This document shows, piece after piece, positions 44,656-64,000 of a stretch of 64,000 bases of DNA (the stretch's first letter is position 1; the number at the start of each line of letters is the position of its first letter). The translations under genes and the position numbers were made by a program. Source of the stretch: the human T2T-CHM13v2.0 reference genome, Homo sapiens. The stretch is taken from the NCBI RefSeq assembly GCF_009914755.1, contig NC_060928.1. One strand, given 5' to 3'. The notes below the pieces were generated by a model, which saw only the letters and a list, made by a program, of their open reading frames with translations, was not told the origin of the DNA and did not search any database.

Positions 44656-45027
44656 TGTATTAGTCCGTTCTCACACTGCTGATAAAGACATACCCAAGAC
44701 TGGGTAATTTATCAAGAAAAAGAGGTTTAATGGACTCACAGTTCCACATGGCTGGGGAATCCACATGCCTTTCACAATGATGGTGGAGGGCAAAAGGCAC
44801 ATCTTACATGGTGACAGGGAAGACAGAAAATGAGAGGCAAGTGAAAGGGGTTTCCCCTTATAAAACCATCAGATCTTGTGAGACTTGTTCACTACCAGGA
44901 GAACAGTATAGGGGAAACTGCCCCCATGATTCAATTATCTCCCACCGGGTCCCTCCCACAACACATGGGATTATGGGAGCTACAATTCAAAAAGAGATCT
45001 GGGTGGGGACACAGCCAAACCATATCA
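44656..45027 (-). mobile_element. THE1 solo LTR
   Basis: tgtattagtc...ccatatca; perfect TSD cttag. Confidence 0.93.
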
Positions 45028-45660
45028 CTTAGTTTAAGTCTTATTATTTCTCTCTGGGACTATTGCAACAGTCTATTCAAACAGGTTTCTGCCTCCAGCC
45101 TCACTTTCTTCCTACCTGGCATCTATGCTACAGCAAGAGACATTTCTAAAATGCAATTCTGATTGCACTTCCCAGCTTGAAGCTGTGTTGATGGCTTTTC
45201 ATCACTGTCAGAGTCAAGTCCAAATCTGTCATAATGATGTGGAAAGCCCTACATAACCATGCTAGCTGACAGCCCAGGACAATTAGTCCCTCACATTCAC
45301 ACACACAAGAACATGTTTGACCATGACTAAACCTGGGGCAACACCTACAACCGAAAAGAACATTTGCTATTGGTGTGAATCTTGTTGTTGGTGTTTCTAT
45401 TGTAAAGTATAATTATTGAGCAAGACTTAGTGATAATCATAGCAAACTCACAGAGATACTCTGTGTCCTGCACTGCTAACTCATTTAATCCTCACAACTA
45501 CACTATGAGGTAGGTAGTATTATTATTCTCATTTTATAGATTAGGCAACTGAGGCATAAGAAGACTAACTTTCCCAGGATCTCATAGCTTGCACATGTGA
45601 TAGCATTAATATTCAAACCAAGGAATTCTGGCATGATAATCTATTATTCAGTACCCTGAC

Positions 45661-45762
45661 ATGTTCCTTTTAGCAGCAAATATACTAAAATTGGAATGAT
45701 ACAAAGATTAGCTTGGCCCCTGGGCAAGGATGACACGCAAATTCGTGAAGCATTTTATATTT
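45661..45762 (+). pseudogene. U6 snRNA retro-pseudogene
   Basis: gcagcaaatatactaaaattggaatgataca..aagattagcttggcccctgggcaaggatgacacgcaaattcgtgaagc; the ACAGAGA box is disrupted. Confidence 0.93.
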
Positions 45763-45772
45763 AAAAAGAAAA

Positions 45773-46360
<588 letters not shown>

Positions 46361-46444
46361 TACATATACAAAAGTACACTAATACCCCCTCGCTAAACCA
46401 TAAATGTATTCTTTTAAAATATTGACTGGAGCTGTGACTTTTGT

Positions 46445-46625
46445 TTGAAGGTGTGATCTCTGAGTGGTGGCACTAAAATCACCTGGGAGCTTATTAGAAT
46501 GCCAATTCCCACGCCTGGGGCCTGACCTAGGGAAGCAGAATCTCTGGAGTTGGAGCCCAAGGATTTGCGTTTTAGCAAGCTCCCTAGGTGACATCTAAGC
46601 CTGAGAAAGTTTGAGAAGCATTACT
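46445..46625. mobile_element. MER5A
   Basis: aatcacctgggagcttattagaatgc...aagtttgagaagca. Confidence 0.8.
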
Positions 46626-47575
46626 GTCAAATATTTTTTTCCTGGGGCGTAAAGACCTTAATGGAGACAAAGCTTAAGACAAACACATGAGTAATTTTGA
46701 CCAAAACAAAGTAGAAATAGGATTATTTTTAATGCAAAGATTGCAAATTATGACATAAAGGTTAACAAACCTTTGTACAGACCAAGAGGTCATCAGAAGT
46801 CTTGAGAAGATGCCGAGGCCAGAAAAGCACAGGATGCACCTGAACTAAGAGCAAACCAGCGTTGAGTTTGAATCCCAGCACACCCACAGACCAGCTGTGT
46901 GCCTTTGGCAAATTGCTTCACTGGGACCTTCATTTCTCCATTCAGAGGTTGAAATTACAATCTCCTTGACCCATATACTCCAGGAAGGTTGTGAAAAATC
47001 AAGGGGATAATGTATGGGACAGTGCTTTGTACAGTTGGATAATGTGGTAATCAGGTTTCATTTTCTGCTGTAACACTTCACAAAATGATATATGCACTTT
47101 CCCTTCTCCTGTTCAGGAAGCAGATGGGATTTTGAGTCTTGTAGTTCCCTAGGGGAACTCTATTTTCTACAGTATCAGCTGCAGGAGTAGACAGCCGGAC
47201 TGAGGGATTACTCCAGGCTTGAGAGAGAGGGAAATGGCCTCATCCGAGAAAATGGGTCCAGAGAGTTGGCAGATGATGGTAGAAACCAGAATGTATGTCT
47301 CTAAAGTCATCTGCAGCCTTACAATCTACCCCCAAAAAGTCTAATTCAGACCCGGGATAGCTTAGGCTGATACTCAGCCCCACACATGCTTACTGCCTAC
47401 CTGCCATCCGCTGTTGGGTGGGCTGATTACAACTGTGTTGTATTCTGATCAGTCAGTGCTTATGCTACAAGGGTTATGGTTTTTCATAACCTCTGATTAC
47501 AGACCATAGTAGAAGGGAATGTTATTTGAAACTTAGTTCAAACAGAAGCGATTCCTGTCTGTCTGGCAGTGGTTC

Positions 47576-48174
47576 TGAAAGGTGAAGCCAGCTGGACTTC
47601 CTGGGTCAAGTGGGGACTTGGAGAACTTTTCTGTCTAGCTAGAGGATTGTAAACGCACCAATCAGCACTCTGTGTCTAGCTAAAGGATTGTAAATGCACC
47701 AATCAGCACTCTGTAAAAACACACCAATCAGCACTCTGTGTCTAGCTAAAGGATTGTAAACGCACCAATCAGCGCTCTGTGTCTAGCTAAAGGATTGTAA
47801 ATGCACCAATCAGCACTCTGTAAAAATGCACCAATCAGCACTCTGTCTAGCTAAAGGACTGTAAATGCACCAATCAGCATTCTGTAAAAATGGACCAATC
47901 AGCACTCTGTAAAAGGGACCAATCAGCAGGACATGGGCAGGGCCAAATAAGGGAATAAAAGCTGGCCACCCGAGCAAGCAGTGGCAACCGCTTGGGTCCC
48001 CTTCCACACTGTGAAAGCTTTGTTCTTTCGCTCTTCATAATAAATCTTGCTGCTGCTCACTCTTTGGGTCCGCACTACCTTTGTGAGCCATAACACTTGC
48101 TGCGAAGGTTTGCAGCTTCATTCTTGAAGTCAGCGAGACCAAGAACCCACCGGAAAGAACCAACTCTGGACACA
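47576..48174 (+). mobile_element. LTR12-family (ERV9) solo LTR with nine CCAAT repeats
   Basis: tgaaaggtgaagccagctgg...ctggacaca; perfect TSD gttc; nine copies of accaatcagc. Confidence 0.92.
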
Positions 48175-48291
48175 GTTCCATGTGTTCATACCAGGCCTCA
48201 CCAGGCCTGCACACTCCTCTGACTATCACTTGTATAGCCCTTCCTTGATTTATGACAAATGGCTTCAGCATCTTCACTAGAACAACAAAAT

Positions 48292-49351
<1,060 letters not shown>

Positions 49352-50835
49352 ATATTTTCAATTTAAGCTGAAATGTTCAAAGTGACCACCAGCCACACCA
49401 GATGAGGCATGATATAGGCAGTTAATACAAAAATTACAAAAGGATTTCTGGCTCTGCTCCAAGTGGCCTATATAATCTAAGGAGAAGCCCAACATCCTCT
49501 CTCACTTAGGGGTAATCTGGCTTACCACACCTAGGATCTGCTTAACAGAAACCCCAAAGCACAGAGATAGCCATCAAAGTAGGTACAGCCAGGAAAAGGA
49601 TGTTGTCTGATTGTCTTCTCAGGTGCTCAACATAAATCATGTGTTCAGCCAAATACCCTTATCCTGCCTACAATGCCCAACCCCTTCCAAAAATGCAAAA
49701 AACTGACAGAGTTTGAGCCCTTTTTACTCAAAGTGTGGTCCATAGAGGTCAGCTGAGATGTGCAGAATCAGAGGCCCACCCCAGGCCCCCTGAGTTCTGC
49801 AGAGCCTGCGTTTCAGCAAGATCTCCAGGTGATACATATGCAAGTTAGTGTATGAGAAGTACCAATTTAAGTGACACATTTGTTAAAGCACATATCAAAA
49901 AAGAATCAAGATTTTCTACGAAGTATGAAGATTGGAAAAAACAAAAACAAACAACTCACCTCAGTTATGATGTGTGACGCTGGAAGCAAAGCAGCCCAAA
50001 TCTCAGTGCAGAGACAGTGGTAATACGAAGAAGATTTCTACACTTAGGAGTTTTCCTAGACAGACTTCAACCAGGACCCACGCCTACTAAACAGACGAGT
50101 ATCAGTCCAGGAACTTTCCTTCCTGCCTGCTCTTGGGGCAGGAGAAAGAATGAGAGAGGAAACTTGGCAGCCCCCAAAGTAGATCCTGCAGCTACCAGGG
50201 AACATTGAGGCTTTCCGAGTAAACTAGCCTCGAGGAAATGTCCCGAGTGAAATTAACAGCTCTCCTATCTCCTTGGGTTCCTTTTTTCTCCACTACTAGC
50301 TGATTATGAACCACATTTCTTTCTCGATCACTGGGATTCAAACAAAAGACCTAATGGTTCCAGTCAGCGTGGGATCCTCTTCTGGCATTCCTAGCAAGGG
50401 GCTAGAAGAAGGGGGAAAGTTACATGTCAGAGAGATATTTTTGTATCTTTCTCTTTGTGCCGCGGAATTCTGATGACAGCATCTCCAACACAAACAGCAA
50501 CTTTATTTTCGAAATGGAAGGATAAAAACCAATTCTAGCAAATGGCTTTGCTCTGTGCGTAAACTTCCTGTGCTTTTTTAACCCTGATGTAACTGAGGGT
50601 CTCCTCTCACAGGCCCTGCCTTCTAGCACACACAAAAAAACAACCAAGCAGGACTATGACATAATTTGAAAAGGAAGCGAATTAAACCAAAACAAAGAGT
50701 TAGGTTTCAATGCAAAGGCCCACCAGAAATCTAAAGAGGACCGAGAAGCTGTATACTTGGAGCATGCTATACTTTTCATGTTATTCTTTCCTAAACCAAA
50801 AGTAAAATAGGAAGTCAAGACTGTGCTAAATAGGC

Positions 50836-50837
<2 letters not shown>

Positions 50838-50911
<74 letters not shown>

Positions 50912-51087
50912 TTTAAATAGAGACAGGGTCTTGTTATATTGGCCAGGGTGGTCTCGAACTCCTGGCCTCCAGCAATCCTCCCACCTCAGCCTCCCAAAGT
51001 GTTGGGATCACAGGCATGAACCACCAAACCTGGCTTTTTTTTTTTTTTTTCTTAGGCAAGATCTCACTTTGTCACCCAGGCTGGAGT
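50838..51087 (-). repeat. (TC)n(TG)n compound microsatellite as the tail of a FLAM, plus an Alu 3' fragment
   Basis: Unit is flanked by the duplicated sequence taaataggcatttc. Confidence 0.85.
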
Positions 51088-51644
51088 TAAATAGGCATTT
51101 CATATTCTGAAAACATGATAGATGTCAAAAGAAAAAATATGACATTTACTAAGTGCTTCTAATTCCACTGTTTACTGGCCTTGAAAAGCTTCTTAAGCCA
51201 AGCCTTCCCCAACAATAAAATAGTGATAACAATAATACCTTCCTTACAGAGTTGTCATGATAAATTTCATGAGATTCACAAAATACCGATTACTGAATTT
51301 GTCTTGCTGTTAAGTTCTGTTTATATTTAAGTCACTATCCTGATTATTCACTGTGTTGTGCAGTACCTAGGACAAATTAGGCATTTTGTAAATATTTATT
51401 GAAATGAAATGAACGTTTAAAAAATCTTGAAGTTGTTAAGAAATTCCATTTATCTATTTTTATAAATTTATTTTAATATGGTAAAATATGTATAACATAA
51501 AATTAGCCATTTGAAACATTTTAAGAGTTCAAGTCAGTAGCATTAATTACATTCACAATGTTGTGTCACCGTCACTGTTTCTAAGACTTTTTTGTCACCC
51601 CAAACAGATACTCTGTAATCATTAAGCAATAACTCCGTCAGGGA

Positions 51645-60015
<8,371 letters not shown>

Positions 60016-60019
60016 CTCT

Positions 60020-61060
<1,041 letters not shown>

Positions 61061-61664
61061 TAGTGATACACTTAAAAGAAGTTCTGATACAGCTATAGAG
61101 GTGGTAAGACTTTTATTCTAAGATTTTTTCTAAACAAAATAAAGCTAACCTGCAAATACAGTTTTAAAGATAATTAACACATATTGAAAGTAAATAACTA
61201 TGTTTCTAAGGATCAGCTAGGCACTGTTCAGGAGAAAAAGGGGTGATTTCTGCCCTCCAGGGTTGGTGTCAAGGTTGAGTTGACAAGACTAACACACATG
61301 ACCTGAAAAGTGTTGGCTGAATGCCATATTGGTTCAGGCTGTAGGTAATTGGAGAAGGGAGCGCAGTGTGGGATGAGGCAAGTTGTGATATTAGATCCTC
61401 ACTTTCTACTGATGTAGACTTCATGCCAACTTGGCCAAGATGACCAAGTGAACTCAGCAAAGCTGAGAGAAACTGGGCTCCAGCTCTCATGATTTCCATC
61501 TATTCCAGAATAATAAATGTTAGATAAATCCTTCGTTAAGAAGTAACCAAAGACTTTTTTTCCTTTGGGGCAAATCTAAATGATTCCAATTTAGAAAACA
61601 CATACTTTTTTTTCTGACAGAAGATAACACAAGCTTTAATTTTCAAATTTCCTCCCATGTTTCA

Positions 61665-62224
61665 TGTGAAGGAGTTAAGGTCGTGCTGCCCCAAAATATG
61701 CTGCTTTGGCATGTTAATTATTTTGAGCTGAAGGCACTTGAGAAAGAGCTGACGCAGGAAGGGCTCTCTGACCTCCCCTTTTCTATTTAAGAATAGGCCA
61801 TAAAACTTCCCATGAGGAAGGTGCCCTCCTTATACCAGAAAGACAAGAAATCCTTATCACCAGAGACTGGGAATCGACATTGAAATGGATCTGCATAAAC
61901 AAACTTAATAAATAATCCTTATATCTTACTAGTTTTACCCCCATTCATATATCTCCCAGTCATTTCCCCACAATTTATTACCTCCAGTCCAAACCCCTTT
62001 ATCTTGTTATTTCTTCATAAATGTATAATTTCTTTGTCAAAAATGTTTAGAAAGATTTCTGCTCTAGTCACTTCTTTAGAGCGTCATGTGAAAGCCCATG
62101 TACATGTAAAAATTTAATAAAGCTTGTCTACTTTTCTCCTGTTTATCCATCTTATGTCTGTTTAATTCTTAGTCCCAACCAGAGAATCTGAGAAGGTAGA
62201 GGATAATGTGTTTCCTCCTCAACA
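61665..62224 (+). mobile_element. ERV1 solo LTR (MER34-like)
   Basis: tgtgaagg...ccccaaaatatgctgctttggcat...aataaa...tcctcctcaaca. Confidence 0.7.
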
Positions 62225-62815
62225 GATGTAACACGTTATTTTATGTTATTAAATATACTATTAAGACCATTGTAATTCAATATAGAAAGGTAGAAAAGAA
62301 AGGAAAGAAGGAAAAACTAGAACCTAAATGCTTATCTCCAAGGGTACGAGTAAATAAAATGCAGCAAATGCATACAATAGAATGTTATGCAACAGTTTGA
62401 GATAGAAATACATGTGCTATATTGACAAAGACCTCCAATACATATTAATTGAAAACAGCAAGCTGCTAATTAACACAGGGCATATAAATTCATTGATATT
62501 AAAAGACACACACAGACAGACACACATACACACACCTCACAGAACAAAAATGTATATTTCTGTATGTATCTAGTATTCATTTATTTACAAAATCACCTAG
62601 AAGAAACTCTGAAAGACATGCCCCCAAATGGCAACAATCTCTGGGAAGTATGGCATTGGGAGGCAGGATGCAAATATACATCTCTATTATTTAAAGACTT
62701 CCCATCCTTTGAGCTGGAGCTGCAAGGTAAAAATAATAACAAATAAATAACAAAAAAGATTTCCCAATAGATATTCATGTATTTCCCTGTCTTTCTTAGG
62801 GTCAAAATCAAAGAG

Positions 62816-62915
62816 GGCTGGGTACAGTGGCTCATGCCACTAATCCCAGCACTTTGGGAGGCCAAGGTGGGCAGATCACTTGAGCTCAGGAGTTCAAGAC
62901 CAGCCTGGGCAACAC
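62816..62915 (+). mobile_element. Alu 5' part interrupted by an LTR
   Basis: Alu left arm stops at ggcaacac. Confidence 0.85.
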
Positions 62916-64000
62916 TGATGGTGGCGGTGGCCTGCCTGGAGTAGCCACTGTGAGGATACCAGCTGCAGGGAGGGAGGCATAGCCAGGGCTGCATGCACCA
63001 CGGAACCGGCGGGGCCGGGAACAGCTGATCCCAGCAAAAGCCCCATGCCCTACGGAGTTGGTTGGGTGGTTGGGTGGGAGCCCATGCTCCCGGGTGCAGC
63101 TGCAGCCGCCCAGCCATGGCTCTGGACCCAGGCATGCCTGTACTCTCAGGGCCCTGGGAAGCCCTGCAGGCTCTCACTCCCTGTCCTCTTCCCGCTCTCA
63201 GCACCCGCCCCCATGGCAGAGCAAAGCTGCGGACGTATCCTGTTAACTGAGCCCAGGTGCTGTTGTGACCCGGCCAGGTGTGCACACACTTGGGGCAGCA
63301 CTGACACACCACCGCCCTGCCACTGCCACCTCAGCCCCCTCCAGAAACTGGTTCTGAGGCTGAAACTTTGGGTGCCAACGAGTACGGGAGGGAGGCCTGG
63401 GGGGCTGAGGGTGGCTTGGGGCGGGCCTAAGGATGCCCCTTGTGCAGACAGCCTGGGTGCCATGGATAGCATGTTGTTGGTGGTGGGCGACAGGCAGGTT
63501 CCTTCCGTGGGAAGGGGCGGGTCCCCTGGAGCCTGGGGGCTGGGCTATCAGTTCTGGACAAAGTCTCCCACCCACAGTGAGAACTTCCTTGATACCTTTT
63601 GGCAAATCAAGTGGTGCTTTTTCCAGGCATGCCCATGGACCAATCAGCACACACTTCCTCCATTTTGAGCATTTCCTCCATTCTGAGCCTGTAAAATCCC
63701 TGGAGTCAGCCAGACTCAAGACACTCAGGACGACCTGCCTCTGAATAGGAGCTACCCACTTCTGGTCTCCTCTCTCCTGAGAGCTGTACCGCTGCTCAAT
63801 AAAGCTCCTCTGCCTTGCTCACCCTCTAGCTGTCTGCATAACTCCATTTTTCCTGGAAGCAGGACAAGAACCCAGGACCCGCTGAATGGCAGGAGCAAAA
63901 GGAGCTGTAACACTTTCCTAGCTGGCTCCCGAGCTGTGGCAGGAGCTAAAGGGGCTGTAACACTCTAGCCCTTCTGCCCTCCATGGGCACCAGGCAGCTG
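62916..64000 (+). mobile_element. GC-rich ERV1 LTR (MER52-like), runs off the window
   Basis: tgatggtggcggtggcctgcctggag start; ccaatcagc; aataaa near 63798. Confidence 0.8.

Noticed and set aside
47641-47930. Regularly spaced repeats that superficially resemble a CRISPR array
   Set aside because: LTR12 U3 CCAAT tandem repeats without unique spacers, in human DNA.
62593-63744. Longest ORFs in the track (239, 207 and 158 aa), overlapping on both strands
   Set aside because: They lie in a GC-rich MER52-like LTR and an Alu; low stop frequency explains them and they have no recognisable domain.

Overview
Human genomic DNA (a near-consensus AluYa5 is present), mostly interspersed repeats: dozens of Alus, two convergent L1MA-type LINE-1 relics, L2/MIR, hAT MER elements and several ERV1/ERVL/MaLR LTRs, including a two-LTR THE1 element. 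I see no intact protein-coding gene, and nearly all listed ORFs are repeat-derived. Retrocopies present are two U6, one U6atac and one RPS27 processed pseudogene. The main result is in the non-repeat islands between about 9.1 and 30.9 kb. On the minus strand they can be joined by hand into a decayed gene of about 13 exons and roughly 730 codons. It runs from an ATG in good Kozak context (30931) to a TAA (9089), with mostly GT-AG introns and matching exon phases. It carries many in-frame stops, two dead acceptors and two exons split by transposons, so it is a candidate unprocessed (possibly unitary) pseudogene whose protein family I could not name. Repeat subfamily names come from recalled consensus sequences, not a database search.
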